64,000 nt of DNA from positions 4,340,001-4,404,000 of the forward strand of contig NC_043023.1 in assembly GCF_006345805.1 (NCBI RefSeq), read 5' to 3'. The position numbers were made by a program, and so were the translations under genes. Source of the stretch: Octopus sinensis. Lineage: Eukaryota. Of this stretch, positions 12,366 through 23,727 are shown in pieces; positions within the stretch are counted from its first letter, which is position 1, and each line of letters starts with the position of its first letter. Under the pieces are notes generated by a model that searched no databases, was not told the origin of the DNA, and saw only the letters and a program-made list of their open reading frames with translations.

Positions 12366-14724
12366 ATGTGGTGACCCTGTGCAACGAATTGAGCAGTCAG
12401 CGCTGGGTTCTGTGTTTGTATGCACCTTTGGCGGTGCAAAACACGGTGTGTCTGGATGTCGCCGGACGTACCTGTCCCAGCGTGACCTACAAGCCCATAT
12501 CAACCACCGTCATTTGCGGCAAGGTGCAGGACCTGACCCTCCACCAGCTTCAAAGACACAACCACCCCAACAACAGCAGCAGCACCCACAGCCCCAGCAG
12601 CAACAGGTTGTGTCATCAGTATCCAGTAGTCAGGCAGCAGCAATTGGACAACCACCACCACCACAACAGCAAAGTCAGGGACCAGGTCAGAGTCAGCAGT
12701 CGTCACATTTGACCTCACAGCACGGCCGAGGATCTCAGCCGACACCCCACAGTCATATGGCTCAGAAACAACAGCAACAACAACAACCACCACCACCACA
12801 ACAGCAACCACCACAGCAAACCAGGAGCGGGCAACAACAAGCACCAAGTAGTGGTCACTTGGGACAGTCAACGGCTAGTGGTCACCAATCCATAACCAGC
12901 AACTATGTTCCAGTATCCGCTCCTTCGCAGTCATTAGTTGGGATCGACCTCTTGACCTCGATCAGCCAACAACAGCAGCAACAACAACAGCAACACGACC
13001 AGATGGTTTATCACCATCGTGCTGGCAGCACAATTGACGAATCGCAATTGGTGGGGCAGACATCAGCCCCACCACCCCTTTTGGCTCTTCCGACCCAGCA
13101 ACAGCAGCACATGCATGGTCCTCCTCCCCTGCCGCAGCAGCAACAGCAGCAACATGCTGGCCACCATGTGGTCAGTGGGATGCCAGTGGTGTCGACGGCA
13201 TCAGTGACTCTTCCTTTGCCGACCCCTGCTTCAGGAAAGCATGGCCGGGTAGGTGTGGGAGCAGGAGGGGGTGGTGGACCAAATCCTGGTGGAGCAGCAG
13301 GGGCTGGGGGCATGGGTGTACCGCCACCACCACCGCAGCCTCCTCCTCATGGAGGCATGCCTCCCCCTCTTCTGCCCCACCTCCACAACCATCACCACCA
13401 GCAACAGCAGCAACAACAGCAAGCACAGCAACACCACCACCACCCTCAGCAGCAACAGCAGCCAATGGCATCGGCCCATGACTCCTATGGCATCTCTGCA
13501 ATCCCAGTGATGTCGAGCTCAACGCGAACCAACCTAATCACAGTTCCAATCCAGGATGAGACAGAGTACGGCAACCGGGCTGAACCTCCGCCACATGCCC
13601 ACCCCCACCATCATCAGCAGCATCAACAACAACACCACCAACAGCACCATCACCATCACCATCACCAACAACAACAGCAGCCAGGAGGAGGTTACCACCC
13701 ATCAGGGCAACCGTTTGCCACCAACACACCACCACCACCTACGGTACCTTTCCCTCCAGGCCACCCCCTACAGCAGGTCGCTGTGCATGTGCCACCCCAG
13801 CAACAGCAGCCACCACCTGCAACCACTGTAGCTGGATCATTCCCACCCTCTTCAATGGCGCTGTCCCCTCAAGGCATGCCCCCTGTTCCCGTCTCCTATG
13901 CACCCCCGCCTCCCACATCGTCTTCAGTGGTAGTTGGACACGGAGGAGGTGGCGGTGGGGGACCAATGCCCCCACTCTGCTCTCCTCTATACTCTTCTCC
14001 ACAGAGCTTCCCTCAGGGTGGCGGTGGTGCAGGAGGTCATGGAGGCCCTCCACAGGGCTTCCCCCAGGGTGGGGGTGGAGGTGGTCATGGCAGGCCTCCT
14101 CCACAGAGTTTTCCCCAGGGTGGTGGAGGAGGAGGTCATGCTGGGCCTCCCCCACCATCACCTCATCACCCTCATGTGATGGTTGGACACCAGCCAAGAG
14201 GTGGAGGAGGAAGCGGAGGCCCCCCACGGACCCAGCTCCCACCACCACTGCTCTCTGGTATAGCCACAGCACCCCCACCCCTTGCAAACATGGCCACTGC
14301 ACCGCCACCGCCGCCCATGCAGGGTCACCCCCCAGGATTGCCAATGCCCTCAGTTGTCGTTGGCCAGCCCCCTCCCCCACAGCAGCAACAACAGCAGCAG
14401 CAGCAGCAACGCCTTGGCATGCCCCCTCAGCCGCCTCCACCGCCTCCTCCCCCTCCCCCTCACTTCCCCAACCCCCACGGGCCCTACGAGGAGCCTCCAC
14501 CACCTCCCATCAGTGCTGGATATCCACCACCCCCACAGCAGCAACAGCAACCCCAACAGCAGCAGCCACAGCCAGGTAGCCCCAGGATGGGGTGGGCTGG
14601 AGGACCGATGCCACCACCACCCAGGGGCCCTCATCCACGGCCGCCTGGTAGCACCCTGGCCCAGCTGCAGCAAGCACAAAGATCACAGACAGACAACACT
14701 GGACATTACAATCAGTATTACTGA
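12366..14724 (+). CDS. CBLL1: Hakai/CBLL1 last coding exon: HYB zinc-binding segment followed by a long Gln/Pro/His/Gly low-complexity tail
   Basis: Acceptor ttttttctgcag ends at 12365. Reads (R)[23 protein letters not shown]...[20 protein letters not shown], the diagnostic Hakai motif. Also contains NLITVPIQD and ends HYNQYY with TGA at 14722-14724. Confidence 0.95.
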
Positions 14725-15546
14725 ACTTGCCTGAGTCCAGCTTGGGTCGGGTCAAAGGTTAAAGGTCAATGACCTGAAAGTTAGACAATGGGTCAAAAAC
14801 AATGACGAATTTAACCTACAACCCATTCTTTCCCACAAAGTCAGATATCTGGTGGGTAGAAGGTGGGCTGATGGTCTACAGAAGAGGGAGGAGAGGGGAT
14901 TATTACATTGGGATCATTTGTTCCGAAAGACCCCTTAGGGGACAGATGAAAAGTTTTTAATGGCCCAAATCAAAGATTCAAGGACCTTTAATTTTTGTGG
15001 AGAAAATAAAAAAAAATTGAAGGAAACAAGAAGACTTTTTTTTTTGTTGGTTGATGAGGGTCCTTGTTTCTCTTTTTGGGAATATAAGGAACACTGGAAG
15101 TGTCCATTATTTTTGGGGAGGTGGGTGGGTCTTTATTTTTTTTTTGTTAGAGGTGTGTTGGCCCTCAGTTTTGTTGGGTGAGAGGGGGTAATTTTTTTTA
15201 ATTTCCAAATACAACTTGTTTCATTTGATTTTTCTTTGTTCTTTTGTTTATTATTTTGATATAGAATTTTATAATTAATAATAATAATAATAGTAATAAT
15301 AATTATAAACAATTACCATGATTTTTTATTGTTTCTCTAATTAATATTTTTCATTGTTTGTTGTGGTTTAGCAACAATTATGTCTGCTATCCACAGTCTA
15401 TGTGGCCTGACACAGGCGTGGCTGTGTGGTAAGAAGTTTGCTTCCCAGCCACATGGTTCCAGGTTCAGTCCCACTGCGTGACATCTTGGGCGAGTGTCTT
15501 CTATTATAGCCTCAGCCAACCAAAGCCTTGTAAAGTCTATCGAATA

Positions 15547-15758
15547 TATGAGGGGGTGCTGAAAAGTTCCTGGCTTTAAGGAATCACAAAAGGCCAGGTT
15601 GGTGGCCCGACCTTCCAAGTTCTTTTTCAGAGCTTAGAAGATTGACAGACTGCTGCAATAAGTGTGTGAGAGAGAAATATGTTGAATAAAATCATAATTA
15701 AGTGATTCTCCAGTATTTTGTTTTACTCAAAGCCAGGAACTTTTCAGCTACCCTCATA
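15547..15758. mobile_element. Mariner-derived MITE
   Basis: About 29-bp TIRs (tgagggggtgctgaaaagttcctggctt / aagccaggaacttttcagctaccctca) with TA on both sides. Confidence 0.85.
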
Positions 15759-16129
15759 CACAGAATTAACTATTTATTTCAATGAAATCAGACAAATTTT
15801 ATGTTTATTATTTAATTATGATACCAAAACAAATAGATTTATAAATCTTACATCAAAACTTTATTGAAAATTTTCAACATGTGCTCCGTCTATATCCCTG
15901 CAAATTTGAAATCTATCCTTAGCATTGCAAAACACAATTTGAAGCATTTTAGGAAGTTATCTCCTGCACTGCTAACTGAATGCATTCTTTAAGTTCAGCC
16001 AAACTTTTGCTCCAGCCTGGGGGTAGAGGTAGACAAAATGATTGCAACCAAATTGAAAAAGGCTGCTGTGGACAGATAAGCAGGATCCAACAGGAATGAA
16101 AATAAAATTATAAAAATTAAAAATTCATA

Positions 16130-16887
16130 CAGCTAGCATTCCTGGATGTATTAATAATACACATCAAGTATGGATCCAGGAAATCCGTATACTGCAAGCC
16201 AACCTTCACTGGACGATACCTCAGCTTCAATTCCTACCATCCATACAGTGTAAAGAGAAGGATTGCGCAAAGAATATAAGTAGCGATCCTGATACACACG
16301 ATGAAGAAATGATTAACTTAAGTAACAATCTATTAAGCAACAACTACCCCAAAAGTATACTATCCACTCCAATTATGAAGAAGAAAGAGGATGAGGCCAA
16401 TAAACTGTCCACAGTCTGTCTACCCTATGTGAAAGGCCTCTCCAAAAAGATACAAAAGATATGCGGCCCATATGACATCAGGACAGTATTCAAGAGTAAT
16501 ACAATACTTCGCAAATGTCTCCTTCGAGTAAAATCACCAATAGAAGAGAATATGACCAAAGACTGTGTGTACTCCATCCCATGCAGCTGTGGTAGATCGT
16601 ACAAAGGGGAAACATGCCACCCCCTCAAAATAAGGATAGGCGAACATCGCAAAGCTGTGACACAAGGAGATATTGATAAATTGGTTATAGCTGATCATGT
16701 ATGGAAAAATGGAGACCACCTCCCCCTTTGGGACGAAGTTAAAATAATAGACAGAGAATACCACTGGGAAATACGAAAACTAAAAGAAGCAGCACATATG
16801 CTAGGACATAATAACCTCCTAAGCAGACCGAGTGTAGATATGAATAGCATATGGGAACCAGTATTAAGGAAAATAGTAGATTTATAA
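16130..16887 (+). mobile_element. Penelope-like element 3' fragment (RT thumb plus GIY-YIG endonuclease)
   Basis: Upstream frames give LAFLDVL and KPTFTGRYLSFNSYHP. ORF 16309-16887 has LPYVKGLS..VYSIPCSCGRSYKGET..LKIRIGEH..IADHVW..RKLKEA. Confidence 0.9.
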
Positions 16888-16915
16888 GCCCTAAAATTCA
16901 CTCCATAATTGCCCA

Positions 16916-16984
16916 TGGGCATATGGTGTAGTGGTTAAGAGCATGGGCTACTAACCCCAAGATTCCAAGTTTGATTCCAAGCAG

Positions 16985-17017
<33 letters not shown>

Positions 17018-17150
17018 TCAGAAAAATACCTTGAGAATGAGAACCAGATGGAGGCTGGAGAGTACATCAGCTGAAACATTGTGTTAACAACAAACAAGAT
17101 GAGGACAAATATTTGTCAAATGTAAATAATATATTAAAACTATGATGATA
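16916..17150 (+). mobile_element. tRNA-headed SINE with (AAT)n linker and PLE-like tail
   Basis: A-box TGGTGTAGTGG at 16924-16934, B-box-like GTTTGATTCC at about 16969-16978, (AAT)n at about 16987-17014, then GGCTG-N10-CAGCT-GAAAC. Confidence 0.6.
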
Positions 17151-19117
17151 AATATAAACATGTATATCTAGGAGCAGGCTTGGCTGTTTCGTAAGAAGAT
17201 TGCTTCCTAAACACATGGTCCTTGGTTTTCTCCCTCTGCAAGGCACCTTGAGCAAGTATCTTCTAAAACTGCAGGCTGACCAAAGCCTTCTGAGTGGATT
17301 TGGTAGATGGAAACTCAAACAAGGTTGTATATATAAACACACATACATATATATATGTATGTGTGTTTGACCCCCTCCCCCACCACTTGACAGCTGATGT
17401 TAGTATGTTTATGTCCCCGAGGTGATTTGTTTGACTAAAACACATCACAGTGCCTCAGCATGACTGAAACAAGAAAAAGATAAAAGGTATATATTATTAT
17501 TATAAAAACCACAGCTCTTACTAAATACAGCTACTCGGGTTTTCCTAGTCAAAACATTAATTTATTTTGTTATTTTTTAAGCTGAGAACAGGAGTCTTGC
17601 TCTCAGCTTGAAAAATGGCAGAATAAATTCTTGTTTTCACCAGGAAACGTTGGATAGCTGTAATTAATAAGACTGGTTTTTATTATAACATCTTTACTCT
17701 CTTAGATGACTGCCTATTATACTACTTATTGTAGTCTCATTGCATGATAAATATCTACATTTAATGCACAATATATGGATTTATCTAATCTGCTGGTACT
17801 CACAAAAGAGCTCCTTTAGCGACCCAGACTTCAAACCACATAGTAAAACCAATGTATAGTTCAATGCAGTTGAACTCCAGTAAATCCAATCAGTAATGAT
17901 TATTTCATGAGGATTGTATAGAATAGAAAGAAACTCAGGAGGTGAAATCAATATATTCATCTTGTACATCTTCACTTTCTTGATCGGTGGCAACTCCAGC
18001 TCTCGGGCTGTTTGGGCTTAGCCCAAGTATAAATTTAGTAAAGTGAACATGTATTTTCAAGCTGATTTAATTTCTGCCTACACTGACTTCGAGTATATAA
18101 TTTCAGCCAATAACACGGGCTCTTTTTATTGAGCCTGGTCGCAGTTCATTTATTTTTGTTCAACATCTGGCAATCATATTAGAGGTGCCTTGTGTCAAAA
18201 AATATCATTCGTAGCACATGTCCTCTCGACATCATTCACACATGCCTGACTCGGGCTGAGAAGTTACAGCCCAAGTTGTTATCTATGATCATAAAAATTA
18301 AAAGTAATTCAAATTCAATGTTTTCTTGAAACAGTAAATTTCTATAGAAATTAGGATTTAAATTCCAATCTGTGAAAAGTTTCTGCTCTAAAATATTCTT
18401 AAAGGAGTAAAGAGTAAAAGGAACGAAAATTTATCCAACAACTCAGCCTGGTAGGTATAAAAATGAACTGGTATCCCTTGTCAAGAATACAGGTAACAGG
18501 TCGCCAATGTTTGTTGTGCACTCTGCTGTTGTTATTTGATTGCTGTTATTTTGTGCATCTGTGTGTAAAGATCAGTTGTGGGGTTCCTGGACTGACCTAT
18601 GCTGGTGATCTCCCAGTATTAGGAGAATTGCATCATCTTTGTGTTCACATACTTTACTATGCTTTGTACACTTTTGGCAGACTTCAACATGTGTGCCACT
18701 GCCTGAATTTGTTGCTTCATAACTTCCAGAAAAATGGATATTTTTTCAATGTAACTTCCTTCAGTTGCAGGGAGGGTTACCTGCATATTTCTCATGTTCA
18801 CAAAAACAGAGAAATGCGCAGATAAAATCAAACCAAATTTCACAGTGCAAAAATACAATTTCTCTACAAGAACGTCTAAATAAACGTACTGAATTAGAAA
18901 TAGACGCTAATGTCTTTTCAACTTCTATAAATATCTCTGAGACAGTAACACATTTTTTTTATGTAGGCAAAAGGAGAAAAATGATGAATCCACACAACTT
19001 CTTGATTCAGTACAATAAAGTAGTTGTATTCCAACATTCGGTGCACCGAATGTTGGAATCTACATATAAATCTATATGTATATATACATACATATAGACA
19101 TATAAGCATGCATACAT

Positions 19118-19166
<49 letters not shown>

Positions 19167-19202
19167 TGTGTATATATATATATGTCTGTGTATATATATA
19201 TA

Positions 19203-19308
<106 letters not shown>

Positions 19309-20481
19309 TACATATATATATATATGTGTATATATTTATTTTATAGAAGGAGCTTCTACAGGACTAGAACTGTTTCATTCAAATGAAATCATCAGGAAGC
19401 TTGCTGTCAAAATAAGTTTTGGCATTTATACATTTAGGCAGATTTAATGGGGTGGTGGTGGGGGACTTTTTGGGGTAAGCAGGGCACAAACTGTCTTTCT
19501 TAGGGGAGTGGTCAAAAGGATCAGTGATAAAGTAGATAAATGAATAAATAGATTAATAGAATAGAGTTTTAGGTAAATAAGAAGACTATCGCTTATATAT
19601 ATATATACACACATACACACATATATATATATATACACATACACACACACATATATACATACACATATATATATATACATACACATACATGCCAATACGC
19701 AAGCACACGCACACATGTCTACACATACATATATATATATATAAAAAATATACACACCCACATATATATGTATACACACACATTATATACATATATATAC
19801 CCATACATACACATACACATATATATACACACACATTATATACACGTACATACACATATATACATATTTTTTCTCTCCTCATCTTCCTCCCTTATTTTAT
19901 TTTTATTTTTATTTTGACTCTTCAGAGTCATAAAAGGTATAATATATGACCTACCTACCCACCGACACTCATTTAGTGCCTCTGGAGTTGAAGAACCCTA
20001 AAAGTTCTTAGAACTCCCCAGGGTGCAAGCAGGCCTAAATGAAATCAATTTACCGCTCCCCTCTCCCTTCCTATCTCTTACAAACGCAAACACTCACACG
20101 CACCCTCATACACATACACAAACACACATGTTCTCTCGCTCATTTCCTTCTCATCCACTCATACTTATGTATATATCTCTCTCTACAAGCACATATATAT
20201 ATATATATATATACATATATATGTATACACATACATACACACACAAGTACACATATTCATACATAAATGTACCCACTTTCGCATAAACGTATACATAACT
20301 ATGTACACACAAAACCACATATATAAACGTACTTCAGTACACATAAACACACATAAACATCGTGTATACATATATATATATATATATGTGTGTGTGTGGT
20401 GTGTGTGTGTATGTGTGTGTGTGTGTATGTATATGTGTGTGTGTATGTATATATGTGTGTGTATGTATGTGTATATATATA

Positions 20482-20513
<32 letters not shown>

Positions 20514-21015
20514 AGCGATAGTCTTCTTATTTACCTAAAACTCTATTCTATAAATCTATTTATTCATTTATCTACTTTATCACTGATCCTTTTGACCAAG
20601 GAAATGATCGAGAGAACATGTGTGTTTGTGTATGTGTATGAGGGTGCGTGTGAGTGTTTGCGTTTGTAAGAGATAGGAAGGGAGAGGGGAGCGGTAAATT
20701 GATTTCATTTAGGCCTGCTTGCACCCTGGGGAGTTCTAAGAACTTTTAGGGTTCTTCAACTCCAGAGGCACTAAATGAGTGTCGGTGGGTAGGTAGGTCA
20801 TATATTATACCTTTTATGACTCTGAAGAGTCAAAATAAAAATAAAATAAGAGAGGAAGATGAGGAGAGAAAAAATATGTATATGTATGTATTTATGTGTG
20901 TGTGTGTATGTGTATATATATGTGTATGTGTATGTACGGGTATATAATGTGTGTGTATATATATGTGTGTGTATACATATATATATATGTGGGTGTGTAT
21001 ATTTTTTTATATATA

Positions 21016-21431
21016 TACTCTTTACTCTCTTTTACTTGTTTCAGTCAGTTGACTGCGGCCATTCTGGAGCACCGCCTTTAGTTGAGCAACTCGACCCCGG
21101 AACTTATTCTTTATAAGCCCAGTACTTATTCTATCGGTCTCTTTTGCCGAACCGCTAAGTGACGGGGACATAAACACACCAGCATCGGTTGTCAAGCAGT
21201 GCTAGGGGAACAAACACAGACACACAAACATACACGCACACACACACATATATATATATACATATATACGACGGGCTTCTTTCAGTTTCCGTCTACCAAA
21301 TCCACTCACAAGGCTTTGGTCGGCCCGAGGCTATAGTAGAAGACACTTGCCCAAGGTGCCACGCAGTGGGACTGAACCCGGGACCATGTGGTTGGTAAAC
21401 AAGCGACTTACCACACAGCCACTCCTGCGCC
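21016..21431 (-). mobile_element. Full-length tRNA-derived SINE (dominant family)
   Basis: The reverse complement starts ggcgcaggagtggctgtgtggtaag, has a B-box-like GGTTCAGTCC, an internal (TA/TG)n and a tail ending (gagtaaaa)n. It is inserted in (TA)n. Confidence 0.9.
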
Positions 21432-21483
21432 TATATATATATGTATTTGTAGACATGTGTGCGTGTGCTTGCGTATTGGCATG

Positions 21484-21530
<47 letters not shown>

Positions 21531-21917
21531 ATGTATATATGTGTGTGTATGTATGTGTATATATATATATGTGTGTATGTGTATATATATATATAAGCGA
21601 TAGTCTTCTTATTTACCTAAAACTCTATTCTATTAATCTATTCATTTATCTACTTTATCACTGATCCTTTTGACCACTCCCCTAAGAAAGACAGTTTGTG
21701 CCCTGCTTACCCCAAAAAGTCCCCCACCACCACCCCATTAAATCTGCCTAAATGTATAAATGCCAAAACTTATTTTGACAGCAAGCTTCCTGATGATTTC
21801 ATTTGAATGAAACAGTTCTAGTCCTGTAGAAGCTCCTTCTATAAAATAAATTAATTTACTCTGCTATGTATTGAGTACTTTATTTACTGTGGTTAACCCC
21901 GACTCAACCCCAGACCT

Positions 21918-22478
21918 ACATATATGTGTATATATATACATATGTATATATACACATATATATGTATACATATATATATGTATATATATACATATGTATA
22001 TATATATACATACATATGTATACATATATATGTATATATATATACATATGTATATATATATACATATGTATATATATACATGTCTATATATATGTACATA
22101 TATATATGTGTATACATATACATATGTATATATATATACATATGTATATATATATACATATGTATATATATACATATGTATATATATATATATACACACA
22201 TATACATATGTATATATATATATATATACACATATATACATATGTATATATTATATTATATACACATATTACATATGTATATATATATACACATATATAC
22301 ATATGTATATATATATATACACATATATACATATGTATATATATATATACACATATATACATATGTATATATATATATACACATATATACATATGTATAT
22401 ATACACACACACATATATATCTATATATATACACATATATATACATATATATATATATTTATATACATATGTATATAT
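21918..22478. repeat. Compound (TA)n/TACATATG microsatellite
   Basis: About 560 bp made almost entirely of TA, CA and TG dinucleotides. Confidence 0.95.
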
Positions 22479-22779
22479 TGCCAGCACCACCAAACTGGCC
22501 CTCATGCTGGTGGCACGTAAAAGCACCCACTGCACTCTCAGAGTGATTGGCATTAGGAAGGGCATCAAGCTGTAGAAACTCTGCCAGATCAGATTAGAGT
22601 CTGGTTCGCCAGACCTCAGTCAAATCGTCCAACCCATGCTAGCATGGAAAGTGGATGTTAAAAGATGATGATGATATATATATAGAAATAATGCATTTCT
22701 AAATATCTCAGATTTATGCAGTAGTGGTACAATAATGTAGTTGTATACCGTCAACTTAATGTGACAGTCCCATGAAGGG

Positions 22780-23203
22780 AATCATACTACTGCTATTTAG
22801 CCCTAGGAAGCAGCAACGCTTCCTGTCAGCCTTGACATATTTCCTGTGTCCTTACGTTTGCAAGGGGGAGATAAGCACCCCCACCCAGCTAAGCCTGCAT
22901 CCAGAGACTAGTTTCTGAGTATTTGCTTGTCATCAGTCTGGATGCATTATTTCCGTTTCCGAAATCAGCGGATGTATTTCACTAGAATTCTTATATGTTT
23001 ACAAAGGCTAGACAGGCATCTCCAACCAGCAGGCCATGCTACTCCAGACTGATGACAAGCAAAGACTCAGAAACTAGTCTCTGGATGCAGGCTTAGCTGG
23101 GTGGGGGTGCTTATCTCCCCCTTGCAAACATAAGGACACAGGATGTGTTAAGGCCAACAGGAAGCATTGCTGCTTCCTAGGGCTAAATAGCAGTAGTATG
23201 ATT
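22780..23203. ncRNA. Inverted repeat (about 162-bp arms, 100-bp spacer) carrying two minimal type-I hammerhead ribozyme motifs (22896-22946 minus; 23043-23085 plus)
   Basis: Plus copy reads TCCAGA-CTGATGA-N14-GAAAC-TA-GTC-TCTGGA. It has an intact core, a GUC cleavage triplet, 6 bp of stem I (10 bp in the minus copy) and a palindromic ACTAGT stem III. Stem II is poorly paired. Confidence 0.65.
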
Positions 23204-23344
23204 TAGTTGTAGAGTTCAAAAAATCAAATAAAGGAACCTACATATGTTTCATTCCTATCACCTGGTTGATCAGAAATTCTAAGCATTTGGTTAAATGCTA
23301 AGAAAAGTATCATATTCTAACTATATGATACTTCTGCAGAGTTA

Positions 23345-23489
23345 GGCGCAGGAGTGGCTGTGTGGTAAGTAGCTTGCTAACCAACCACATGGTTCCGGGT
23401 TCAGTCCCACTGCATGGCACCTTGGGCCGACCAATGCCTTATGAGCGGATTTGGTAGATGGAAACTGAAGGAAGCCCGTTGTATATATG

Positions 23490-23520
<31 letters not shown>

Positions 23521-23727
23521 TTGTGTGTCTGTGTTTGTCTCCCTAGCATTGCTTGACAACCGATGCTGGTGTGTTTACGTCACTTTGCGGTTTGGCAAAA
23601 GAGACCAATAGAATAAGTACTGGGCTTACAAAGAATAAGTCCTGGGGTCGATTTGCTCGACTAAAGGCGGTGCTCCAGCATGGCCGCAGTCAAATGACTG
23701 AAACAAGTAAAAGAGTAAAGAGTAAAA
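23345..23727 (+). mobile_element. tRNA-derived SINE (dominant family, internal deletion)
   Basis: Same head and tail as 21016-21431; lacks the caagtgtcttctactatagcctc segment. Confidence 0.88.

Noticed and set aside
12500-14755. Antisense and alternative-frame ORFs up to 254 aa over the Hakai last exon
   Set aside because: They are shadows of GC-rich, repetitive coding sequence and have no independent motifs.
15005-15010. AATAAA as the Hakai polyadenylation signal
   Set aside because: It lies in an A-run, and many similar hexamers occur in this AT-rich region. The 3' end cannot be fixed without transcript data.
16309-16887. Host GIY-YIG nuclease gene
   Set aside because: It is preceded by degenerate PLE RT motifs in broken frames, so it is a retroelement remnant.
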